From NCBI RefSeq assembly GCF_054482595.1, contig NZ_CM137008.1: 64,000 bases of DNA, one strand, 5' to 3'. Position numbers and translations under genes: made by a program. Within the stretch, counting starts at the first letter, position 1, and each line of letters opens with the position of its first letter. Below, piece after piece: positions 8,427-19,195 of this stretch. The notes beneath the pieces were generated by a model that saw only the letters and a program-made list of their open reading frames with translations, was not told the DNA's origin and searched no databases.

Positions 8427-10520
8427 TTATACCAACGCGCTCTCCATCTGTTTTTCAAATGCCTGACGAATTAATCCCATAATGTAAGGAAGTTGTGCGA
8501 GGTCGCTGAAACAAATTTCCACATCACCATTGCCCCATCGCCCAACATTTGTCACATCTTTGGCAATACCTTTCGGATCGACCAGTTCATGAAACTGCAT
8601 ATTAAGCGACAATCGCAGTCGGCTTTTTTGCGGCACAACATCAACAAAATTCGTTTCAGCTTTAAACGCAATATATAGCTTCAATACTTCCTGCGTGATC
8701 CCTGCGTCCAGGCGCATAACTTCATCGCGAAGATGATCGAATAACACCCGGCTATGCGAACCATCAGCAAGAAAAGGATAATCACTCAGGCTGTAACTGG
8801 TTTTGTTTTCAGGCTGCCCCCGATAAACAGCTAAAACCTCTTCAGAAAGAGAAGGCGCTTGCCAGACCTGAATCGCGAGATCGGCCAGACGATCGGCTCG
8901 GGCGTGAATGGCGGCTTCATCCCATTTTTCGCACTGTCCAAGACCGATATTCAAATAGAGCGGGCTATGCTTAAAGCCGTCTTCAATATCGCGTTTTTCC
9001 GCGAAAGGTCTGTCACTGTAGCGGGAGTTATAGCGCGTTAATGTGAGATTCCCCAACGTATGCAACAGTTCTTTATGAATGCGTTGCCAGTCACTTCCCA
9101 GCTCTTCACGCCATTTAGCCGACAAATTTTCGTTCTGCGGCATAATATGCTCAATCGTAAACTCTTCCACGCGCTCTCTGCGTTTATCGTTTTCCAGTCG
9201 TCGTAACCAGTAGCTGCGACTACGGAAGTTATAGAGATCGCGAACTTTTAATTCCCGTTTAAATTCATCATCGTTGGGGAAACGACGATATGAAGGTAGA
9301 TTCAAAAAATGTACCTGAATACTTTCCAGATAATTTTCTTTATTAATAACTTTATAAAAAGTGGCAAATGTCTTGTTCAAAGAATTTGTCGGAATTGCAC
9401 ATACTGCACGGCGGAAAACATAAGATTCAATTAAACGAATTATGCTCAGAAAATCTTCGTGAGACAAAACGCCATTTTTATAGTCATGATAAAGCGCCAG
9501 TAAGAAAGGATACGCCACATCGACCTTTAACTCGCGCAAATCCTGAAAAGCCGTAGCAAGCGATTTGTCACTTTCTTTTCCCAATGCCATTGCACAGTAA
9601 TACTCCGCGTAGATATGAATATCTTCAACCAGCCGATCTACGCCTTTTTCAGCAACACTCTGGCTGCGGGCATGGAGTTTAAATGCCTCATAGACTTCAT
9701 CTGTCCGAGGGATCTCCCCCGTTTTTACCGTCAGATAATGACGCATAAAACTGTCAAAATATTCGCTGTAACCTTGCTGACCAAAGGCGACTTCCATTGG
9801 ACGCCAGTGATCTTCATACAATCGGGTTTGATGCTCTGGTTCGAGGCCCATCAGAATAAAATTGCGCACCAGATCGGCCTGACTTAACGCCTTACCGGTG
9901 GAGTTCATACTTTCAAAAATCAGTTGCGGATTATCCTGACCACGATTAAGCGCCACATCGACAATTAATAACTTTGCTAACCCACGACATAAGGGGATCA
10001 AGTCATCACCGAGTTTGGCAATTTGTTCATCAAAGAAAGTAAAGTTTTCCATTATTCGATGGGAATAGTTTTCTGGCATTGGTCTTTGTTTTATTAACGC
10101 CAGTAAACTGTCTTTATCAGTCTCGGTCAGCAGTAATTTAAAACCTTTCTCGCCGGACTCATAAGGATTGAGCAAATAATAATTACGCAATTTCATTGCC
10201 GAAAAGCCATCAAAAACTTCGTCTTCGCCAAGATGGCGCGATAAAGCCTCAATCAGCAACATTGCGGTCGTCAGCCGCTGCTGACCATCAATGACCAGCA
10301 ACGGAGAAATACCAGAAACCTGATACAATCCCTGCTCTATATAAACAACCGAACCGATAAAATGCGCTGATATATCGTCACGCTTTCCTGCACGAATGAT
10401 GTCGTCCCAAAGTTGCCGACATTGTTGTTCTGTCCATGAATAAGTCCGTTGATAAATGGGAATAACAAACTGCTGCGAACGTTTTAAAAAATCGAGTAAG
10501 CGAGCTTCTGTAGCTTTCAT
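8427..10520 (-). CDS. DUF262 + DUF1524 (GmrSD-family) putative Type IV modification-dependent restriction endonuclease, 697 aa
   Basis: N-terminal DUF262/ParB-like motifs IPIYQRTYSW and VIDGQQRLTT. C-terminal His-Me finger/DUF1524-like motifs FTIEHIMPQ, GNLTL and YNS. Confidence 0.7.
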   Translation of the reverse strand: MKATEARLLDFLKRSQQFVIPIYQRTYSWTEQQCRQLWDDIIRAGKRDDISAHFIGSVVYIEQGLYQVSGISPLLVIDGQQRLTTAMLLIEALSRHLGEDEVFDGFSAMKLRNYYLLNPYESGEKGFKLLLTETDKDSLLALIKQRPMPENYSHRIMENFTFFDEQIAKLGDDLIPLCRGLAKLLIVDVALNRGQDNPQLIFESMNSTGKALSQADLVRNFILMGLEPEHQTRLYEDHWRPMEVAFGQQGYSEYFDSFMRHYLTVKTGEIPRTDEVYEAFKLHARSQSVAEKGVDRLVEDIHIYAEYYCAMALGKESDKSLATAFQDLRELKVDVAYPFLLALYHDYKNGVLSHEDFLSIIRLIESYVFRRAVCAIPTNSLNKTFATFYKVINKENYLESIQVHFLNLPSYRRFPNDDEFKRELKVRDLYNFRSRSYWLRRLENDKRRERVEEFTIEHIMPQNENLSAKWREELGSDWQRIHKELLHTLGNLTLTRYNSRYSDRPFAEKRDIEDGFKHSPLYLNIGLGQCEKWDEAAIHARADRLADLAIQVWQAPSLSEEVLAVYRGQPENKTSYSLSDYPFLADGSHSRVLFDHLRDEVMRLDAGITQEVLKLYIAFKAETNFVDVVPQKSRLRLSLNMQFHELVDPKGIAKDVTNVGRWGNGDVEICFSDLAQLPYIMGLIRQAFEKQMESALV

Positions 10521-10616
10521 TCTGACGTCTTTCCGTGAAACGATGATTTCGCAATAATAACCACTTCCTTGTGGAGGTTATAGAGAAATCCTGTTTATCC
10601 GCGACGAACATACCCC

Positions 10617-10781
10617 TCACTCCACATCCTCCCTGCGTAACCCAATATCCCTCAACCGCTCATCACTCATCTGCTGTAACACTCGTCGGGTCTGCATTTG
10701 CCGCCGCCAACGCCTCACCGCCTGCCAGAGTTGCACAAGTCTGATAAACGGCGTTTTGGCTTTGTTTTCGTGAAATTCCAT
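10617..10781 (-). CDS. yjiS: DUF1127 small protein YjiS (54 aa), missed by the ORF track (below size cutoff)
   Basis: Minus-strand translation MEFHENKAKTPFIRLVQLWQAVRRWRRQMQTRRVLQQMSDERLRDIGLRREDVE, with GAGGAGG SD 5 nt upstream of the ATG at 10781. Confidence 0.7.
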   Translation of the reverse strand: MEFHENKAKTPFIRLVQLWQAVRRWRRQMQTRRVLQQMSDERLRDIGLRREDVE

Positions 10782-10957
10782 CTGCTGCCTCCTCATCTTT
10801 CAGAGGCTTCATCATCCGTCTTCTGGCAGTTCACAATACAGATGCAAATATTAGTTTTATTTAACATACAGACAGGTTAAAACAGCATCTGCATCCGGTT
10901 TTTTAGCCTCATCTGTACCGGTTTTTCTTTCTGTATGGTCCAAATAAGGAATACAGC

Positions 10958-12370
10958 ATGACGCGTTATCAACATCTGGCAACTCTGCTTGCCGAGCGGA
11001 TTGAGCAAGGGCTGTATCGTCACGGGGAGAAATTGCCGTCGGTGCGCAGCTTAAGTCAGGAGCACGGCGTCAGCATCAGCACCGTGCAGCAGGCGTATCA
11101 GACGCTGGAGACGATGAAGCTCATCACTCCGCAGCCGCGTTCGGGGTATTTTGTCGCACAACGTAAAGCCCAGCCGCCAGTGCCGCCGATGACGCGTCCG
11201 GTGCAGCGCCCGGTGGAAATTACCCAGTGGGATCAGGTACTGGATATGCTGGAGGCGCATAGCGACAGTTCCATTGTTCCGTTAAGCAAAAGCACGCCGG
11301 ATGTCGAAACGCCCAGCCTGAAACCGCTGTGGCGTGAGCTAAGCCGGGTGGTGCAGCATAATCTGCAAACCGTTCTCGGTTATGACTTGTTAGCCGGTCA
11401 GCGGGTATTGCGAGAGCAGATTGCCCGCCTGATGCTCGACAGCGGCTCGGTGGTCACCGCCGATGACATCATCATCACCAGCGGCTGCCATAACTCGATG
11501 TCGCTGGCGTTAATGGCGGTGTGTAAACCGGGCGATATTGTCGCGGTCGAATCTCCCTGTTATTACGGTTCGATGCAGATGCTGCGCGGCATGGGCGTGA
11601 AAGTGATTGAAATCCCAACCGATCCAGAAACTGGCATCAGCGTTGAAGCGCTGGAACTGGCGCTGGAACAGTGGCCGATTAAAGGCATCATTCTGGTGCC
11701 AAACTGTAATAATCCGCTGGGATTTATTATGCCGGACGCGCGCAAACGGGCCGTTCTCTCTCTCGCTCAGCGTCATGATATTGTGATTTTTGAAGATGAT
11801 GTCTACGGCGAACTGGCAACGGAGTATCCGCGCCCGCGGACCATTCATTCCTGGGATATCGACGGGCGAGTGCTGTTGTGCAGCTCGTTCAGTAAAAGTA
11901 TTGCTCCAGGCCTGCGCGTGGGTTGGGTCGCACCGGGGCGTTATCACGATAAACTGCTGCATATGAAATACGCCATCAGCAGCTTTAATGTGCCGTCCAC
12001 GCAAATGGCGGCGGCAACGTTTGTGCTGGAAGGTCACTATCATCGCCATATCCGGCGGATGCGGCAGATCTATCAGCGCAATTTGGCGCTTTATACCTGC
12101 TGGATACGGGAATATTTTCCCTGCGAAATCTGTATTACGCGCCCGAAAGGCGGATTTTTACTGTGGATAGAATTGCCTGAACAGGTCGATATGGTCTGCG
12201 TCGCGCGGCAGCTGTACCGCATGAAAATCCAGGTGGCGGCAGGCTCGATTTTCTCGGCTTCCGGCAAATACCGTAATTGTCTGCGCATCAACTGCGCTTT
12301 GCCGCTCAGCGAAACCTATCGCGAAGCACTGAAGCAAATTGGCGAGGCCGTGTATCGGGCAATAGAATAA
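10958..12370 (+). CDS. yjiR: MocR/GntR-family transcriptional regulator with PLP-dependent aminotransferase-like domain, 470 aa
   Basis: N-terminal GntR-type winged HTH (LPSVRSLSQEHGVSISTVQQAYQTLE) followed by an aminotransferase class I/II-like domain. Confidence 0.85.
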   Translation: MTRYQHLATLLAERIEQGLYRHGEKLPSVRSLSQEHGVSISTVQQAYQTLETMKLITPQPRSGYFVAQRKAQPPVPPMTRPVQRPVEITQWDQVLDMLEAHSDSSIVPLSKSTPDVETPSLKPLWRELSRVVQHNLQTVLGYDLLAGQRVLREQIARLMLDSGSVVTADDIIITSGCHNSMSLALMAVCKPGDIVAVESPCYYGSMQMLRGMGVKVIEIPTDPETGISVEALELALEQWPIKGIILVPNCNNPLGFIMPDARKRAVLSLAQRHDIVIFEDDVYGELATEYPRPRTIHSWDIDGRVLLCSSFSKSIAPGLRVGWVAPGRYHDKLLHMKYAISSFNVPSTQMAAATFVLEGHYHRHIRRMRQIYQRNLALYTCWIREYFPCEICITRPKGGFLLWIELPEQVDMVCVARQLYRMKIQVAAGSIFSASGKYRNCLRINCALPLSETYREALKQIGEAVYRAIE

Positions 12371-12487
12371 TTTCGAATTAGTGGCGAGGCCCCTGATTTC
12401 CTCTCACGAATCGCCTGTGACTCGTTTTATCTTTGCAGGGGCATCGCCACGTTCCAGCATGGCTTAGGCAAAGTGTGCTTTGTTCAT

Positions 12488-12518
12488 ACCGGATGCGGCG
12501 TGAACGCCTTATCCGGCT
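12488..12518. repeat. REP element (ccggatgcggcgtgaacgccttatccgg)
   Basis: Imperfect palindrome of the canonical E. coli REP type; a near-identical copy is at 36431-36465. Confidence 0.6.
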
Positions 12519-12554
12519 TACAAATCGCGCAAATTCAATAGATTGCAGAGGTAA

Positions 12555-12585
12555 TGTAGGTCTGATAAGCGTAGCACATCAGGCA
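12555..12585. repeat. REP element (tgtaggtctgataagcgtagcacatcaggca), second member of a BIME-like pair
   Basis: REP-type palindrome adjacent to the previous one between convergent yjiR and rpnD. Confidence 0.5.
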
Positions 12586-12611
12586 GCTTTGCGTTTGTCA
12601 TCAGTCTCTGA

Positions 12612-13556
12612 TTAGTACTCGATCCATGGATCGCGCTTGCTTTCAGGCAAGGGTTGCTCTAATGCCTGCATTTGCTCTGCCGAAAGTCCAGTATATCGTT
12701 GTATCCATTCAGGATCCGCACCGTTCTGCAAAAGCAATCTAAGGAGGCGTTGTTCCCCTTCTTCTTTCCCCTTTTCCATCCCTAACAGCCATCCATCATT
12801 ATGAATTCGCTCTGCAATCGTCATTATTCGCTCCCTGTGTTGTGGCATTCGACGGGTAAGTTCACTGATAAACTCATTAAAACGCGCTTCATCGCCAGTC
12901 AGTAAAATGTAATTTAACAGCGCGGTTATCTGGCTGTCATTAGCGCACCCTGTAACCAGTAATATTACCAGTTGATCAATAAGCCCCATTAGATCGCGCT
13001 GGCGAATATGCTTTTGGATCAACTCCAACAGGGCGACTCTGCGGTGCTGCACAATCTCGTCGTCTGGCACGACAGTGACATCCACCAGCGGGAACGCTGC
13101 AGTATAAACTTTCCGTGCAGTAGTCGGGTCGGCAAATTCGTCCAGCCAGCACAGGGACCAGGGATAAGGACTACGGCTACCGTGATAAAACAGCATCGGG
13201 ATGACCAGCGGTAGCAACCGGCGTTTATCATGCTCTATATGGCGCTGCATCACTGCCATGGTATAGCGCATCAGGCGAAAGGCCATATGAATATCCTCAC
13301 GGCTCTGATGTTCAATCACCACATAGATATAGCCATCGCCTTCCCGGGTCTTTACCGACCACAGAATATCGGAGTGTAGCGCCCGCAATTTTTCATCGAC
13401 AAAGCTGGCGGATTCCAGTTTTAAGCTGTCGAGATCGCACAGTTCACGTAAATCTTTGGGTAAGTGGATCTCCATAAAATCCCGCGCGGTGTCAGGGTGC
13501 ATGAGAAAAGATTTAAATAATGCGTCATGCGGCGTGCTGGTCGTGAAGTTTGTCAT
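12612..13556 (-). CDS. rpnD: Rpn-family recombination-promoting nuclease (YhgA-like PD-(D/E)XK), 314 aa, apparently intact
   Basis: [36 protein letters not shown]... is typical of the Rpn/YhgA family; single uninterrupted ORF. Confidence 0.75.
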   Translation of the reverse strand: MTNFTTSTPHDALFKSFLMHPDTARDFMEIHLPKDLRELCDLDSLKLESASFVDEKLRALHSDILWSVKTREGDGYIYVVIEHQSREDIHMAFRLMRYTMAVMQRHIEHDKRRLLPLVIPMLFYHGSRSPYPWSLCWLDEFADPTTARKVYTAAFPLVDVTVVPDDEIVQHRRVALLELIQKHIRQRDLMGLIDQLVILLVTGCANDSQITALLNYILLTGDEARFNEFISELTRRMPQHRERIMTIAERIHNDGWLLGMEKGKEEGEQRLLRLLLQNGADPEWIQRYTGLSAEQMQALEQPLPESKRDPWIEY

Positions 13557-14022
13557 GGCGATCCGTCACCTGTTGATAAGATGGCCCGACTTTAGCGACT
13601 AACAAAACCATTCTCACCCGGCAATTTCCCGTTCCCCGAGGCGCTTTCCAGGCTATTTTTGTTCGTCTGCAAACGATACATTTTTCCGGAAACAGGCTCG
13701 CGTTTTACATTTCCTGTACCCGGCAGATATTCCCCTTTCCACCGCGCTCTTTTGATTAACCGCAAATTTTAATTACACTTAAGGTGTATATTTTCTATGC
13801 AACCCATCAATTCAAGAGGTGTAATGTACTGATGACTATTTGTAATCGTTATACATTCTGACCCGAAGTCAGAAGGTATTTCTCTGTCTGTGTGTTCACA
13901 GGCAGTGTGGTTGATTACATGAAATTCAGTACATTTGTCCTTCTCGCCTGCCTTTCGTCATTACCGACGGTATTGAATTTCGTTTTCCCCGTTGGGGTTC
14001 TCCGGACAAGGAGTTGTTTGTT

Positions 14023-15255
14023 ATGCCACGTTTTTTTGCCCGCCATGCCGCCACGCTGTTTTTCCCGATGGCGTTGATTTTGTATGACTTTGCCGCCTAT
14101 CTTTCGACGGACCTGATCCAGCCAGGGATCATTAATGTGGTCCGTGATTTTAATGCCGATGTCAGTCTGGCCCCGGCTGCCGTCAGTCTCTATCTCGCTG
14201 GAGGCATGGCATTGCAGTGGCTGCTGGGGCCGCTTTCCGACAGGATTGGCCGCAGGCCAGTGCTGATTACCGGGGCGCTCATTTTTACCCTTGCCTGCGC
14301 CGCGACAATGTTCACAACGTCTATGACACAGTTTCTTATCGCGCGTGCAATTCAGGGCACCAGTATCTGTTTTATTGCTACCGTTGGTTATGTCACGGTG
14401 CAGGAGGCGTTCGGACAGACAAAAGGGATCAAGTTGATGGCGATTATCACCTCCATCGTACTGATTGCGCCGATTATTGGCCCGCTTTCCGGCGCAGCTC
14501 TGATGCACTTTGTGCACTGGAAAGTCCTTTTTGCCATCATTGCGGTTATGGGTTTTATCTCATTTGTTGGCTTACTGCTGGCGATGCCAGAGACGGTGAA
14601 GCGCGGCGCGGTTCCATTTAGCGCCAAAAGCGTCTTGCGCGATTTTCGTAATGTCTTTTGCAATCGGCTGTTCCTCTTTGGCGCAGCAACCATCTCTTTA
14701 AGCTATATCCCAATGATGAGTTGGGTGGCTGTCTCGCCGGTGATCCTGATTGACGCAGGCGGCTTAACGACCTCGCAGTTCGCCTGGACACAGGTTCCGG
14801 TGTTCGGCGCGGTGATTGTCGCGAATGCCATCGTGGCGCGTTTCGTTAAAGATCCGACCGAACCGCGCTTTATCTGGCGTGCCGTACCCATTCAACTGGT
14901 TGGCCTCGCGCTGTTGATTATCGGCAATCTGCTGTCACCGCACGTCTGGCTGTGGTCGGTGCTGGGCACCAGTTTGTATGCTTTCGGGATTGGTTTGATC
15001 TTCCCGACCTTATTCCGCTTTACGCTTTTTTCCAATAACTTACCGAAAGGGACCGTCTCCGCATCGCTGAATATGGTGATCCTGATGGTGATGTCTGTCT
15101 CGGTCGAAATCGGCCGCTGGCTGTGGTTTAACGGCGGTCGCTTGCCGTTTCATCTGTTAGCCGTCGTGGCGGGCGTTATCGTCGTTTTCACCCTGGCAGG
15201 ATTGCTCAATCGCGTGCGCCAACATCAGGCTGCCGAGCTGGCGGAGGAGCGGTGA
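14023..15255 (+). CDS. mdtM: MFS multidrug efflux transporter MdtM, 410 aa
   Basis: 12-TM MFS-like protein. Start is taken at the ATG at 14023, preceded by GGAG; the ORF track used an upstream TTG. Confidence 0.9.
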   Translation: MPRFFARHAATLFFPMALILYDFAAYLSTDLIQPGIINVVRDFNADVSLAPAAVSLYLAGGMALQWLLGPLSDRIGRRPVLITGALIFTLACAATMFTTSMTQFLIARAIQGTSICFIATVGYVTVQEAFGQTKGIKLMAIITSIVLIAPIIGPLSGAALMHFVHWKVLFAIIAVMGFISFVGLLLAMPETVKRGAVPFSAKSVLRDFRNVFCNRLFLFGAATISLSYIPMMSWVAVSPVILIDAGGLTTSQFAWTQVPVFGAVIVANAIVARFVKDPTEPRFIWRAVPIQLVGLALLIIGNLLSPHVWLWSVLGTSLYAFGIGLIFPTLFRFTLFSNNLPKGTVSASLNMVILMVMSVSVEIGRWLWFNGGRLPFHLLAVVAGVIVVFTLAGLLNRVRQHQAAELAEER

Positions 15256-15295
15256 TTTTTGCGCGATCTTGCCGTCAGGCTCTATTCTTAACGTT

Positions 15296-16576
15296 ATGAA
15301 TAAACTCATTGAACTCAGACGCGCCAAAATGTTGGCGCTCTCTTTACTGCTTATCGCCGCTGCTACCTTTGTCGTTACGCTGTTTTTGCCGCCCAATTTT
15401 TGGGTGAGCGGTGTGAAGGCGATTGCCGAAGCAGCGATGGTCGGCGCGCTGGCGGACTGGTTTGCGGTGGTGGCGCTGTTTCGCCGCGTGCCGATTCCGA
15501 TCATTTCTCGTCATACAGCGATTATCCCGCGTAATAAAGACCGGATTGGCGAAAATCTCGGCCAGTTCGTGCAGGAAAAATTTCTTGATACTCAATCCCT
15601 GGTGGCATTGATTCGACGCCACGAACCGGCGTTGTTGATTGGCAACTGGTTTAGTCAGCCAGAAAACGCCCGCCGCGTTGGTCAGCATCTGTTGCAGATC
15701 ATGAGCGGTTTTCTCGAATTAACTGATGATGCGCGTATTCAGCGCCTGCTTAAGCGCGCGGTCCATCGGGCGATTGATAAGGTCGATCTTTCCGGCACCA
15801 GTGCGTTGATGCTGGAGAGTATGACCAAAAACGATCGTCATCAGGTGCTGCTGGATACGCTGATCGCACAGTTGATCGCCCTTCTCCAGCGCGATAAATC
15901 GCGCAAGTTTATCGCCCAGCAAATTGTTCGCTGGCTGGAGAGTGAGCATCCACTGAAAGCCAAAATTCTCCCCACCGAATGGCTGGGCGAACATAGCGCG
16001 GAGTTGGTTTCTGACGCGGTGAATTCTTTGCTTGATGATATCAGCCGCGATCGTGCGCATCAGATCCGCCATGCGTTTGATCGCGCCACTTTTGCCCTGA
16101 TCGACAAGCTGAAAAACGATCCGGAAATGGCAGCGCGAGCCGATGCCGTAAAAAGTTATCTGAAAGAAGATGAAGCTTTTAACCGCTATCTCAGTGAATT
16201 GTGGGGGGATTTACGGGAATGGCTGAAAGCGGATATCGACAGTGAAGATTCTCGTGTGAAAGAACGTATCGCGCGGGCGGGTCAATGGTTTGGCGAAACG
16301 TTAATTGCCGATGATGCCTTGCGGGCGTCGTTAAATGGTCATCTGGAACAAGCCGCGCACCGCGTCGCGCCTGAGTTTTCCGCATTCCTGACGCGCCACA
16401 TCAGCGATACGGTAAAAAGCTGGGATGCCCGGGATATGTCGCGGCAAATAGAGTTAAATATCGGCAAAGATCTGCAGTTTATTCGTGTCAACGGTACGCT
16501 GGTTGGCGGTTGTATTGGGCTAATTTTATATTTGCTGTCGCAGCTCCCGGCCTTGTTCCCCCTCGGCAATTTTTAG
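15296..16576 (+). CDS. yjiN: DUF445 inner membrane protein YjiN, 426 aa
   Basis: ORF 15269-16576; start taken at the internal ATG giving [22 protein letters not shown]... Confidence 0.8.
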   Translation: MNKLIELRRAKMLALSLLLIAAATFVVTLFLPPNFWVSGVKAIAEAAMVGALADWFAVVALFRRVPIPIISRHTAIIPRNKDRIGENLGQFVQEKFLDTQSLVALIRRHEPALLIGNWFSQPENARRVGQHLLQIMSGFLELTDDARIQRLLKRAVHRAIDKVDLSGTSALMLESMTKNDRHQVLLDTLIAQLIALLQRDKSRKFIAQQIVRWLESEHPLKAKILPTEWLGEHSAELVSDAVNSLLDDISRDRAHQIRHAFDRATFALIDKLKNDPEMAARADAVKSYLKEDEAFNRYLSELWGDLREWLKADIDSEDSRVKERIARAGQWFGETLIADDALRASLNGHLEQAAHRVAPEFSAFLTRHISDTVKSWDARDMSRQIELNIGKDLQFIRVNGTLVGGCIGLILYLLSQLPALFPLGNF

Positions 16577-16691
16577 AAATCCATGAAAAACTAAGTGGCT
16601 AACCGCGAGAGAGATCAAATAAACCATACTAAAAGAATGGTAATAATGTGGCCTCTTTTCATTATCTCCCGTGGTACGGGGAAGGAAAATC

Positions 16692-18616
<1,925 letters not shown>

Positions 18617-18620
<4 letters not shown>

Positions 18621-18883
18621 AAGAGTTTTTATTTTTATTTCACTCCACGGTCGGCGTCATACAAACCCGCAAGGCATTGCAGGCAGCGGGCATGACTTTT
18701 CGCGTCAGCGATATTCCCCGTGATTTACGCGGCGGCTGCGGGTTATGCATTTGGCTGACCTGTCCCCCCGGCGAGGAAATACAATGGGTGATCCCTGGGC
18801 AAACCGAAGCGATATATTGCCAGCAGGGCAGCGACTGGCAGTGCGTGGTGCATTACGATGCAGAAGCGTCAACCAGGCAATAG
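18617..18883 (+). CDS. Small conserved hypothetical protein (88 aa), translationally coupled to yjiL
   Basis: ATG overlaps the yjiL stop (ATGA), suggesting an operon. The DUF3343-like assignment is tentative. Confidence 0.5.
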
Positions 18884-19195
18884 GATCTTTAAATATACCA
18901 ACCGGATAATTGGCTGCGCATAATCCTGCATGAAGGAAGTTGTATTAAATATCTCACCTGCCATGAAATATTTCCCATCCACAAAATGAGCGATTTTTGA
19001 TAGCACCTTACTATTTTACGTCTAAAATACAAAATACATTTTATTATACTTAAACCCATAATTATGCATAGAGAAATAAAATGATTACCGGGTGAGATAA
19101 TGATAAAAGATAAGTTTCTGTGCGAAGCTTATCTTTACCCATCCCCCTGATTATTTTAGATTTAGAAGAACATTTCACAATTCAAGGATAGAAAT

